DNA of 63,645 nucleotides from Coniocarpon cinnabarinum (Eukaryota): NCBI GenBank assembly GCA_051942205.1, contig JAVECO010000137.1, positions 1 to 63,645 of the forward strand, read 5' to 3'. Shown piece by piece: positions 37,600 to 48,956 of this stretch (position 1 is its first letter; each line of letters starts with the position of its first letter). The notes under the pieces were generated by a model. It saw only the letters and a program-made list of their open reading frames with translations, ran no database searches and was not told where the DNA came from. The position numbers and the translations under genes were made by a program.

Positions 37600-39435
37600 A
37601 TGGCAGCCTCCCCCAACACAAGCCAACAGAGCTACGGCCCGTCTGGGACGCCAGCATCTGGGCTGAACCATCCTCCGCATAAATATGAGCTTGCTCAAGA
37701 CGAAGAAAATGGAACAAATCACGCTCCGTTGGCTTCTCGCAGTGCTTCATACAAACAAGAGTCAAAACGCAAGCGGAATCCAAACTATGCCAGCGTCAGT
37801 GGAGATGGGAGGGGTATCGACCTTGACGGCTTCGACATGATGGACACAAGTGCATCCGAAGATGCCCAGGATGTCGTGCCACCAGACACTCCAACTCCGC
37901 CTGTGAACTTTCCTTTGTCGCGGTATGGGACAGCGTTGGACGAAAGACTGAAAGAGGAACGTCGAGCCAGTGCACTAGTGACACCACAGATGCGCAGCCA
38001 GCGTTTGATCGGCAACAGCAACCCTAGATACCGTTGGGAACAATACTATACAGGCGAGGAGGAGCTTGGAAAGATGAAGCAGAGTGTACGTAAATACTAC
38101 GAACGCAACAATTATCTCATCGTGCAATACCTCTACATTGACCGGCTGCTGGATTCCTCGCTTCCTCACAATCTGCTTCAAGAATACGGCGAGAATCAAA
38201 CACGGTCACAACAGCTGCCAGTGGATGTCCCACAGACAATCAGCGAAGAATCATCTGCCCCGTCGACTTCGCATACTCCCTTTGAAGATCCGTCAATCTC
38301 CTCATCATCACTCAATTCGGTACCTGCACCGCACTCTCAAGCATCGCGACCCAAACGCACCAAATCGCTCTATAAGCTCAGCACCGATGAGAGCACGCCA
38401 CTGCTCCTCAACTCCGAGAACTCCCAAAAAGAGCCAAACGGCGCGGATGTAGCTGCTGAGAATGTGCCTGAAGCGTTTCAAATTGAAGATTCAGATTCTT
38501 CATCGCGCGTGGTCAATATCGCGATCTACATCAACTTCGCAGCTAACACGATTTTGCTGATCCTCAAGGTCATCGTCATGCTGCTCACCTCGTCGCTCTC
38601 CGTGCTTGCTTCGCTGGTGGATGCGGCCCTTGACTTTCTGTCGACTGCTATTATCTTTACGACTAATCGGCTCATCTCGTCAAGCAGCGCGCATCGACTG
38701 AACTTTCCTGTTGGCCGTCAGCGGTTAGAACCGCTCGGAGTATTGATCTTCTCTGTGGTCATGATCACCTCTTTTGCCCAAGTTGCCATAGAGGCATTCA
38801 ACCGCCTCATCGGGTCTAATCACGAAGTCGTAGTGCTTACGCCTGCAGCAATTGCAATCATGGCCAGCACTGTCGTGGTCAAGGGTCTCTGCTGGTTCTG
38901 GTGCCGCCTGGTCAAGAACAGCTCGGTGCAAGCGCTAGCACAGGATGCGGCGACCGATGTTGTCTTCAACTCGTTCAGTATTTTCTTTCCACTCGTGGGG
39001 TACTTCTTCTCCGTGTGGTGGCTGGATCCACTTGGAGGGCTTCTGCTCTCGCTCTACGTGATCATCTCCTGGTCCTTGACCACGCGGATTCACATTCTCA
39101 ACCTCGTTGGCCGGACCGCCTCAGCCGATGAGCGCAACATTCTCCTCTATTTGACGATGCGGTTTGCTAAGTGCATTCGCAAGATACAGAGTCTGGCAGC
39201 TTATCACGTGGGGGACAAGCTCAACGTCGAGGTGGACATTGTCCTGGACGAGAACGTGATCGGCGACAGCGAGGGGAGTCATGCCGGACTGAGTGCCGGC
39301 GCAAGGGCATTGCGAGACATACACGATCTCGGGGAGAGTCTACAGTATGTGTTGGAGAGCGTGCCGGGCGTGGAGCGGGCGTTTGTGCACAGTGATTACT
39401 GGGAGGGAAACCTGCCAAGCCACATGAACGGCTGA
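37600..39435 (+). CDS. Cation diffusion facilitator (MTP-like metal transporter)
   Basis: SLSVLASLVDAALDFLS, FPVGRQRLEPLG, ALAQDAATD, WWLDPLGG, DIHDLGESLQYVLES..VERAFVHSDY. Confidence 0.92.
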   Translation: MAASPNTSQQSYGPSGTPASGLNHPPHKYELAQDEENGTNHAPLASRSASYKQESKRKRNPNYASVSGDGRGIDLDGFDMMDTSASEDAQDVVPPDTPTPPVNFPLSRYGTALDERLKEERRASALVTPQMRSQRLIGNSNPRYRWEQYYTGEEELGKMKQSVRKYYERNNYLIVQYLYIDRLLDSSLPHNLLQEYGENQTRSQQLPVDVPQTISEESSAPSTSHTPFEDPSISSSSLNSVPAPHSQASRPKRTKSLYKLSTDESTPLLLNSENSQKEPNGADVAAENVPEAFQIEDSDSSSRVVNIAIYINFAANTILLILKVIVMLLTSSLSVLASLVDAALDFLSTAIIFTTNRLISSSSAHRLNFPVGRQRLEPLGVLIFSVVMITSFAQVAIEAFNRLIGSNHEVVVLTPAAIAIMASTVVVKGLCWFWCRLVKNSSVQALAQDAATDVVFNSFSIFFPLVGYFFSVWWLDPLGGLLLSLYVIISWSLTTRIHILNLVGRTASADERNILLYLTMRFAKCIRKIQSLAAYHVGDKLNVEVDIVLDENVIGDSEGSHAGLSAGARALRDIHDLGESLQYVLESVPGVERAFVHSDYWEGNLPSHMNG

Positions 39436-39479
39436 TAGTGCTCCCGCAGGCAGTATGGAGGGTAGCTAGAAAGGCCTGG

Positions 39480-39512
39480 ATGTCAACCTGCATGTCGACC
39501 TGCATGTCGACC
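39480..39512 (+). repeat. Short 12-bp tandem repeat (ATGTCRACCTGC, ~2.7 copies)
   Basis: atgtcaacctgc atgtcgacctgc atgtcgacc just 3' of the CDF stop codon. Confidence 0.6.
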
Positions 39513-40335
39513 ACCATGCCAGCCGCCCAGCCACTTGACGCATTCCTTCGCCATGCACGAGATAGGACTTTGCTACCTGCGCCGAGTCGTGTGGCATGTG
39601 CCTGTCACCTGTTTGGGAACCGTCGCCGGGAGTCGGGTGGTCGCCGTCCGCGGCCCGAGGGGGTTCCGGTCACGTTCCAGAGTCCCCGTGGTCCCTTCTG
39701 TGCTTCCACTTCTCTTGTATTCTTCGACTCTACTGCATAAGCAAGTTGCTCGTGCAGCTCGCTCAGTGCTCACTAACAACAGTCAGGAAGCCTTGCATGA
39801 CTTCGAGCAAGGCCCATGGCCTTCTCATTCTTCGATGAGTAAACCAAGTGTACCCGAGTCAAGTAATGCACTCCAATGCCTCTCAACGGCGCCTTCGCGG
39901 CAGACGTGGAGACCCGTCACCAATGAACGTTCCCCGTCACGCCTGCAAACCCTTTGGTCCTGCAAGGAGCAGCTGTGCGTTCCCGATGCTGAGTGTCGCG
40001 TTTCTATGTGCAGTGACAAGGATTCCGGTGGCGTGCGGCATGTGCTGCAGCTGTTTCCGCAGCCTTTCCGAAGGATGCCGTGGTGGCTGTCGAGTCGTAC
40101 CTTGACAGTCGTGGTAGGATCGTACATATGAGAATAGGTAGTGTAAGTTGAGTGATGGCGCAGAGGATGCTTCGCAACGGTAAAATGAACAAGGGTCTGT
40201 GTTATCGGAGTATATGAGCGACGGCCGTTCCTACACACAAGCGCGCTCTCGTCCGATTTGCGATTATACTAGATCTTTCGTCTCTCCTAGACTCCACCTG
40301 CCTGCCAGTCACTGCTATCGCTGTCGCGTGGAGTC

Positions 40336-41946
40336 ATGGCCGAGAAAGAAGTCCTGGAGAGCTCTGCTCCCTACATTGTCAACACTGAAGTCAACAACGA
40401 CGCTTCTTCCAACTCAGAATCTGGCCGTGGAACCCCTTCCAACCTCAAGACCGCACGAGATGGCACCACTGTCCTCATTCCACAGCCGTCAGAAGATCCT
40501 CGCGACCCTTTGAACTGGTCATGGCTGAAGAAGCATGCTGTGCTCTTCACGCTGCTTCCTGGATGCTTCCTCACGGATGGTGTACTTACTTACGGATCAT
40601 CAGTCTTCCAGCAGCAAGCCATGTACTGGCATATGACGCCCAATGATGTGTCTCAATCGATATCAGGCGGTGTCTTCATGCAGGGACCAGGTGGTCTTCT
40701 CGCGGTAGCCTTTTGCCAACGGTACGGACGACTTCCCACGCTCTTCTGGTCACAGTTCTTGACTTTAATTGTCACGTTGGGCTCCTCTGGCGCAAGTGGG
40801 TATGCCGGGTTCACTGCGTGCCGGACGCTTCAGGGCTTCTTTGCGGCCGCGCCTCAAGTCATTGGCCTATCAATGATCCATGACATGTTTTTCTTCCATG
40901 AAAGAGCGCGCAAGATCAACATTTGGGCTTTCTGTTTTCTCCTTGGGCCCTACTTCATGCCGTTTGTTTCCGCGTGGATTAGCGAGGCTCTGGGATGGCG
41001 CAACAACTTTTGGGTCTTATCCGGCATATGCGCCTTTAGCGTGCTTTCCATTGTCGTCCTTGGCGATGAGACTCTATACGATCGCGACAGCGAGGAGAAG
41101 ACAACAACGCTTGGGTCAACCGGCAGAGTGAAGCTGCTATTGGGCATTGCAGGAGCAAAGACAAGTCACAATCGACCGAGTATCCTAACCACGCAGCGAC
41201 ATCAGTGGGGCATGATTATCAAACCCTATGTCATGCTGCCGTGCTTCGGATTCATCATGCCACTCACCATGTGGACGATCGGCCTTGTTAACACGGTAAG
41301 TGACAGAATCACAGTGTGTCAGACGTTGTACGAGAAGTCTAACAACATCTCATAGGTATCAGAATTCGTACTGCCACCGCCAATGGCGCACCCACCTGGC
41401 TACGGCTTCAGCGTCAGCTCCTTTGCACTTCTCTTCCTCGCTCCCATGATTGGTGAGGTCATTGCGGAAGTCTTTGGCTACTTCCAGAACGATCTCATCG
41501 CCTCAGCTCACATCCGCCGTAACGCTGGCAGGTTCACACCTGAAGTGCGATTGTGGGGTGTCTACATACCATGGGCTATCTGCTGGGCTGGACTCGTCCT
41601 CTACGGACAGACGCTCGAGAAGCACTTGCACTGGATCGGCCTGGCGTTCGGCTGGGGTATGCAGACATTTGGAACACTCGGCACGACTACTGCCATCAGC
41701 GCATACCTCCTCGATGTGCTGCCGCAGCATGCAAGCCTTGTCGCGGCCTGGATCCTGCAGGCGAGAGTACTCGGTGGCTTCACCGTCACGTACTTCCAAG
41801 TACCATGGGTCAACAAGGATGGACCCGCGATCACCTTCGGAGTCCAAGGTGCGATCATCGCATTCGCGGTCGTCAGCATCATCGCCACACAAATCTGGGG
41901 TCGCAGTTGGAGGACCAAATTTGCGCCTCCCAAACCAGAGAATTGA
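40336..41946 (+). CDS. MFS transporter; intron 41296-41355
   Basis: LIPQPSEDPRDPLNWSWLKK, RYGRLP, RTLQG, IHDMFFFHERARKINIW; about 12 hydrophobic segments. Confidence 0.92.
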
Positions 41947-42251
41947 GCGTTCGTCGGCTGCGGTTCCGACTCAAGGTCAGGTGCGCATTTCTACGAAGTC
42001 CTAATTGATACGTATCTTTTTGACCTTGGTCTCTGTCCGATATCCTTGCCCAAGTGCTTCCCTCGTTGTGGTTTTCAGAACGCTTGCTCTACTAGGACAA
42101 TCTTTACTTATTCGGGTCATTCTTACCATATTGTTTTCCTAAATTGAGCTTAGTGTATCACAGTTATGTTAGCTCCTGAAAGAGAGGTACCATGATTTGC
42201 CCAGAGCGCAGTGCTCCTGGACTCTTCTGGAAGGCGTGAGTAAGTCCCGGC

Positions 42252-44336
42252 ATGAGTTGGAAGAGAATCGGTGTCGCTGCGGTGGCAGGCTGCCTTGCAA
42301 AATGGTATCAACGAAGTCAATCACACAGCCTAGTAGAAGAGCCATTGAATATCCCAGCCTTTGCGCAATTGCCCCTCTCATACTTCTCCAAGCCTTTTGC
42401 CCCTGAAACGATCATTCGAGAATCGAGTCAATCGAGTCAATCGGATCAACCGAGTATACACAATACAAATGTAGACTTCAACTGGAGCAGCGGACTCACG
42501 TGGTCCACGATCGAACCATCTACAGAACTAATCTTCCACCCCTGCTATGACGACCACGAATGCGCCCGTCTGAAAGTACCCATGGACTGGCACGACCCCT
42601 CTCTGAAGACCAGCGAAGACACCGTCGCCCTCGCTGTGATCAGAGTGCCTGCCAAAGTCCCGGTGACCGATCCCCGTCACGGCGGCGCCGTCGTAATCCA
42701 AACAGGTCCGTCACCTCCAATGTTCAATCGAAGGAGCTAAAATTCCCCAGGCGGCCCCGGTGGCTCCGGCGTCGACTTTCTGCGGAAAGGCGGGAGGGAG
42801 CATCAGACGCTCATCGACGCCGCGTTTGATCCAGACAGTCCCGAAGGCAAAGACGAGAACGCTAGATTCTTTGACTTGTTGGCGTTTGATCCGAGGGGTG
42901 TCAAACGCTCGACGCCGTTTCATACGTGTTTTCGAGATCCGCACGTGCGACTCGAGTGGGATACGCATGCCGCGGATTTGGTGCCGGGTGCGCCTGAGTT
43001 CAACTTTGCAGTCGAATTGGCGCGGCAAAGGGCGGTGTATGAGTCATGTCATGATGATGGGAGTGATGGTGTTTATGTGTCGAAGATTTCGTCGCATATG
43101 GGCGCGGCGTCGGTGGCGAGGGATCATCTGGAGTTGGTTGAGCGGTACGGCCAATGGCGAGAGGGTGAAGCGCGACGGTTAGGCGTGAAGGAGGATGATG
43201 CTGTGTTTGATCGCGTGAAGTGGCGGAAAGATAAGGAAGTGCTGAGGTACTGGGGGATCTCGTACGGGACTGTCATCGGCGCTACGTTTGCTTCAATGTA
43301 TCCTGAGCGTGTTGAGCGCATGGTTTTGGACGCTGTTGTCAATACCGTTGATGACTATTGGCAAGGGAAATGGGAACATAGCGTCAACGACGCGGACGAG
43401 CTCATTAATCGTCTACTCGAATACTGCGCACAGGTACCTTCCTCCGAGTGCGCCATGAACACCGGTAACGACACTGCCGCAACCATCCAACAGCGCTTCG
43501 CTTCCATAGAGACCCGACTATTACACGACGGTCCCATTTCCGTACCAGTGGGCCCAAATAACACGGTCGATGTTATAACCTGGAGCGACTTCCGCAACGC
43601 ACTCTGGGCCGCAAGTTACGACCCGGCGACCAAATGGCGCAAGCTAATGGAAATCCTGGCACCGCTCGCCCAAGGCAACGGCACCGCCTTCGCAATCTAC
43701 AAGCAATCAGCAGCTCTGAGTCTCAAACATCTTGATCGCTGTCCAGTCATTGATCCATATAATCCAGATTGCGCACATGACAACTACTTCTGGCGACCGG
43801 TCTGGTCCGCCGTCCAATGTGGCGACGCCGACAATGATGAGATCACCGCACCATCTCGTCAGGTCTTCTCACAGTATTACGACTTTGTGACGAATCAGAG
43901 CACTTACCTCGGTGCGCCGTGGAGCTGGCTCCGCTTCGTGTGTCTTGGCTGGAAAGGGGCATCAAAATTCAAACCATCCTTACCTGTTGGTGGTAACACT
44001 CTCAAACCAATTCTCCTCGTAGGCAATACCTTGGATAATGTCACACCCCTGATCAACGCTCGAACGATGGCAAAGCGGTTCCCGGGGAGTAGAATACTGC
44101 AGTTGGATGCGGAGGGGCATGGGTTACTTAGTGGACCGAGCCTTTGTGCGGCGAAGACTGTACGGGCTTATTTTCAGGAGGGAACGTTGCCGGTGGTGGG
44201 GAAACGGTGTTTGCCTATGGAACGGCCGCTTATAGGGTCGAGGACGGAGCATGTGGATGTTTTGGGAGAGTTGAGTTCGGAGGAGGAGCGTTTGGTTGAG
44301 GCTGTGAAGGGATTGAGGAAAGTTACGAAGGATTGA
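42252..44336 (+). CDS. Alpha/beta hydrolase, peptidase S33/TAP-like; intron 42706-42750
   Basis: ECARLKVPMDW, GGPGGSG, FDPRGV, nucleophile motif WGISYGT, GNTLDNVTP, EGHG...SLC. Confidence 0.9.
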
Positions 44337-44653
44337 CGAAAGGACGCAGTAGGTGGACTTGGAGCCATGACGCTCTTGAAGAAGAGCATGTGATTTTTGA
44401 AAATTCTAATTATATATCTACTGGGGCTTTGCTGAAGTCCAGGACCAGCTGATGTTGGTAAAAGTTTCTGTACAACGGAGGACTAGGTCATCTGTCTTTT
44501 AGCCAAGAGAATAGTACATCGAGACCTGTACATAACGTACATACAAACAAACTGAAGACAACCGAGCCCAGACCATCCACAAGGCCTTCAAATGCTTCAC
44601 AGCCACCTGGGATCCCATTGCAAACGTCCACCTCTTCCATCTCATCCCATAAT

Positions 44654-45868
44654 TCAATTCGCCGCCTCCCGCTCCCTCAAAATCTCCCTCAACTCAGCCT
44701 GCCACTCCTCCACATCCCTAATCCCATCCCTAACCTCCCTTTCCAATCTCACATCCTCACGTTCTGAGCATACATCCCCCGTATATCCCGCCACCTCAAT
44801 GCTCCTCCCCGCACGGCCTCTCGTTCTGGATCCCCTACTTCGACCTCCACTCCCATGTCGTCCACCCATCCACCCACCCATCCATCCCATACCATCCGAT
44901 CTGCCAAACCCACTCGATCCGCCAAACCCACCCGATCCAAGCTCCAAAGGCAAAATCCACTCCCAACTCCCCGGTCCACCTGGTACCATTCCTAATCGTC
45001 GACAATTCCAACTACAACTCCCGAGTCTGGCGCGCCGTTCGCGTAATGTAAACTCTCGACCGCGGGGTCCGCAGATCCAGAAGGGGTCTTCGATTAGTTC
45101 GAGGCGGGCGAAGCGCTCGGTCCATTCTTCTTCGGTCCAGGGTTCCAATTCGGTGCCTAGCAAGTTTTGGTGAGTTATTAGGGCGAGGATTGCGTCGATT
45201 GTTGTTCCGTGTCGATTTTCTTTACAATCGGTCGTGTTGATGTTGTTGTTGTCTTGGACGGTGCTGTGGTTATTGGTGGTGGCTTCATTGCCGTGGCGAA
45301 TATTCCTGTGGTGGCTGTCTTGGTATGGGTTGCTGTTGCTATTTGCCACGTTGCTGACTTGATCGTGATGCACGGGATTCCGGGCTCTGATGTGCCTTCG
45401 CATTGGGGAATCTCGAATCCCACGCACGATCATGAGAGCGAGCCAATACGCTGAAAACTCGGCCATTTGTCGCACATCGACCCCTTCACCCGCGTCCTGA
45501 CTCCACCGGTCAACGCCATCAAATGCGTTGACAAAGACCTCGGCGAGATTCTTGGCTGCATCATCGCGAGTATGGTAACAGACGCTATGTCGAAGACCAG
45601 TCAAAGAGACAAGGTTGTGTTCGTGAAGTACGATGAGACATTGTAGCGACGCCTGTTGAATTCGAGAGGTGGTATACAAATGCTGGAGATGCGCCGTGCT
45701 GTGGTATTCAACTGGTATAGTTTGATGAAGTGGCGGCGTGGCACGGGGTATTGGTAATTGTGGGAGAGTGGAAGAGCTGTGTCGAGTTCGTGATGGACCT
45801 GTGACTCGCATCCGTGGTGTGTTGGGTGATGATGAGTCCCTGACTGGGCTGAGACGGCGCTTGGTCAT
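44654..45868 (-). CDS. Hypothetical orphan protein with low-complexity Asn-rich and Gly-rich segments
   Basis: Long uninterrupted ORF (415 aa from 45901; likely start MTKRRLSP at 45868). No recognisable domain. Confidence 0.5.
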   Translation of the reverse strand: MTKRRLSPVRDSSSPNTPRMRVTGPSRTRHSSSTLPQLPIPRATPPLHQTIPVEYHSTAHLQHLYTTSRIQQASLQCLIVLHEHNLVSLTGLRHSVCYHTRDDAAKNLAEVFVNAFDGVDRWSQDAGEGVDVRQMAEFSAYWLALMIVRGIRDSPMRRHIRARNPVHHDQVSNVANSNSNPYQDSHHRNIRHGNEATTNNHSTVQDNNNINTTDCKENRHGTTIDAILALITHQNLLGTELEPWTEEEWTERFARLELIEDPFWICGPRGREFTLRERRARLGSCSWNCRRLGMVPGGPGSWEWILPLELGSGGFGGSSGFGRSDGMGWMGGWMGGRHGSGGRSRGSRTRGRAGRSIEVAGYTGDVCSEREDVRLEREVRDGIRDVEEWQAELREILREREAAN

Positions 45869-46937
45869 GATTGCGAGAAGTACCGATGACTGAAAATGCA
45901 CAGGTCTGGTGATGGCGACAGCAGTGTCTGGGATGAATAGTGTAGCTGGCAGGTGGTTTGAAAACGAGTGGAAACTGACGGAGACATTAGGTGCGCCGTC
46001 TGAGCTTTGTACTTATGGAAGTGCTCAGACATTTGTCTGGAGTTTGGGTGAACCATTGCTCCGCCATTACATCTTCTGAACGTCATGCGCCAATATGTCG
46101 AGTTTCAATCGTACAGTGTAGAGTCGAGGGGATGCCACGTTGCGTACATGTCTCTGTCCAATGCGATGTTTAAGGACGCGCAAATGGTCGGGCTGCGCGA
46201 GCGAAGAATTCACAGATCACGATGCTGACGCATCGATCGCAGATAACAATACCCTCAATTGGTCTTCAAGCCCGGACCACGGGCAACACAGATACGCAAA
46301 GATGAGATAGAAGAAAAGAATGGAATAATGCGTGATGTCATTGAGACATCACGATGGCAGTGGCGAAACCCCAACACTCCAAGCTTAGGGTATATTCTGA
46401 CATGTCACCAGCGTTTTCAACTTGGCACTGCAAGGGATGCACTCAGCTCCTCAGTATGGCAGCGACATGCAATCAAACGATAGGAGAAGAACCTTTTCTT
46501 GCATTTTTGTAGCTGTGGCCTTAATCCTTTAGACGCGAAGTTCCATAGTTTCATTACCAAAGCTAGCAACTCGCTTCTGAGCCAAAATAGGACAAGATAC
46601 TTGAACAGCTCTATTTTCGGAGAGAGTCGCTCACTCGCCGGCTGGTGGCAGCTTACCGTTGGACAATGCGACGTGACAACAGCATTTTCGACGTCGATGG
46701 ACGGTTTGACGAGACAAATAAGTTGCTTCGAGGTAAGATGCGCTTCGAACATTCACGAGAGACCAGGTATGGTCATAAAGAGGAGTCCTGTGTCGTCCAT
46801 GGAGCGAGCCCAGCCGGTTATCCCGCCCTCTCTTATCGGCCATGCGCTCATCACGGCAGCTGATTTAGGTGTGTTGAGATCGCTTAATGATGAAAGAAAC
46901 TAGAATAAGCCGTGACCAAGTAATTGTTGACGAGGCC

Positions 46938-47543
46938 TTAAGGTGTATCCGCGATGCGCAAGACAGGTGTCCATGCACTATGCTGCATACCATCAGACGT
47001 AAACACCATGCAAGGCTGTATTGCCTCGTGAGGATCGATGAGTCGGTGCAAGTCTTGGAGGCTTTCTTGTGGAAGCGCAACAAAGACGCGGCCGAAAACT
47101 ACATCATCTGGATTTTCCGACACCACCATGTATTCAAGTTCACGCCAACGGCGCAAACGATATCCCCTAACGAAGGCAGCCCAGCTTGATGGCGCACTGG
47201 GTAGATTGAAATAATGTACGAGATACCATGGGTTGGCCCTCGCACTGTGCAAGAAGTATACTGGCATCTGACCCGCTTCCGGAGGCTGCAGCTTCGTGTA
47301 CCCTTCTGACAACAAGGGTAGTGCATGCTCACTTTCTGATGACAGCGCCGAGCGATGATCTGGCATCGCCTGTTGTGAGGTCGCGTTGCTATCGAGGTCT
47401 GTAGATCTTGCCGGAGTTGCGCTTGTGCGAGAATTTGAGCCGTTTGCTGTGTTCTTGTGGCCAGCTTGGCATAGTTGGCATAGTTGGCGATAGCGATTGA
47501 GCAAGTAGCGAATTGGATGAGCACGCTTCATTTGAAGCAGCAT
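46938..47543 (-). CDS. Degenerate gamma-glutamylcyclotransferase (GGACT/AIG2-like) fold protein
   Basis: VYFLHSARANP..L...NLPSAP...AFVRGYRLRRW....V....DVVFGRVF....E.L..L follows the spacing of fungal AIG2-like proteins (YFFYGTL.DP..L...PA.I.GY..K.WG.YPAL...V.G..Y). Start uncertain. Confidence 0.5.
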   Translation of the reverse strand: MLLQMKRAHPIRYLLNRYRQLCQLCQAGHKNTANGSNSRTSATPARSTDLDSNATSQQAMPDHRSALSSESEHALPLLSEGYTKLQPPEAGQMPVYFLHSARANPWYLVHYFNLPSAPSSWAAFVRGYRLRRWRELEYMVVSENPDDVVFGRVFVALPQESLQDLHRLIDPHEAIQPCMVFTSDGMQHSAWTPVLRIADTP

Positions 47544-48956
47544 GATGTGGCACCTCACAAGGATTGATAAACATGTGGTCAGTAGTATATTCCAGAGAGG
47601 CCTCCGATGCTCTTCCGCAAGAGTTCTGACAGTATGACGGTCGTGTGACTGCGAAGAGAGTACATAAACATGCCATTGTGGCAATGCTCCTACATTTAGC
47701 CAACGGATTTCGTGACACCCTGTCATATCTTAGAACGAAATGATGTTGTCAGGCATGTTTACTTACTGGATTTTGGCGATACCTAGCAGGGGTCTCAAAG
47801 CGGTCGCACGTCCATCGTGATGCTAACATTATTATCTGAGATGCGGCACTTTGCTCGCCACGAGCATGCATGTTATCCAATACCTTGGCAAGAGTATGGG
47901 GGTGAAAGTCCATGCTTCCCTTCGCAGATGCTTCGACTCCATCGGGAAGGCGAGGGTGTGCTGGTGTCGTCAGTCTTCGTCGTCAAAATCTGTAGCAACG
48001 ACGTCGTTCCTACGCTCGATGGTCTGATTCAGGGAATCTGTATTGATACGACACTCACCCATAGAAAGACTGCGTAACGAAATGTTGTCTATGCACGTGA
48101 CCCTCGATCTACGCGACTGCACGTGATTTCACCGAGGCTCATCTCGGACCCCGTCCGACTTCCGCCCTCGCGGCAACGCTTTCGAGTACAGTACCTCCGT
48201 ATCTCATTCTTCACCCCCGTGTAGCACCCAATTCACATTGATCGTCATTGTGACAACGCTCCGACAGGCACTCATGCGGCCACCGGGCGGGAAGACCACG
48301 GTAGCGCCCGTTTTGCCAGTGGCCCCAGTCCCAATGGCAGCCGCCATCCTTGCGGACAATCTCGACATGCGCCATCCATTGGCCAAAGGCTACATGCAAG
48401 CCACAGGAGGCCATTCAACGTGCGTAAGCAACCCGCTCTTCACGTGTGTTCTGGACTCGTTCTTCCAGGCTCTCACCAAGGCCGACAAGGACTGAGCATA
48501 CGCGCCCATTAGCGATTTGCTCTGGTCTGCCTATTCATCCGCACAGGCTATTCATCGTCCACTATGACTCTAAATAAGGCTCCATGTGTTTCTTCCCGAC
48601 CAGCTCTGTTCTTCCGTAGGTCTAACACTCATGCAAGACGGCCCAGGTGCTGCAGAAATATAGCTTGCATACCTCGCGCTCACATGGTCCACTGACTCCT
48701 GTGTGAATGGTCAATGGCTTCCATCACAGCCCCCGCCCCGTCTCATTTCCTCCCGCGAGGCGACAAGGCAATCTCACGTGCGCATGATGGAAAAGGTTTC
48801 AGGCTCCTCGAATAGTGCTAGAATTTTTCTTGCGCGGTCATATGTTTATATTGTGCATCCTCCTTCGCTTTGATAGTATGTTCTGGTCATTCATTCACTG
48901 ACTCTGTCATTCATTCCCTTTTTATATTTTTCTGTCTATTAAATTCCAGCATGATA

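Noticed and set aside
39535..40238. Overlapping ORFs of 100-200 aa between the CDF and MFS genes
   Set aside because: No motifs or consistent gene structure; probably intergenic.
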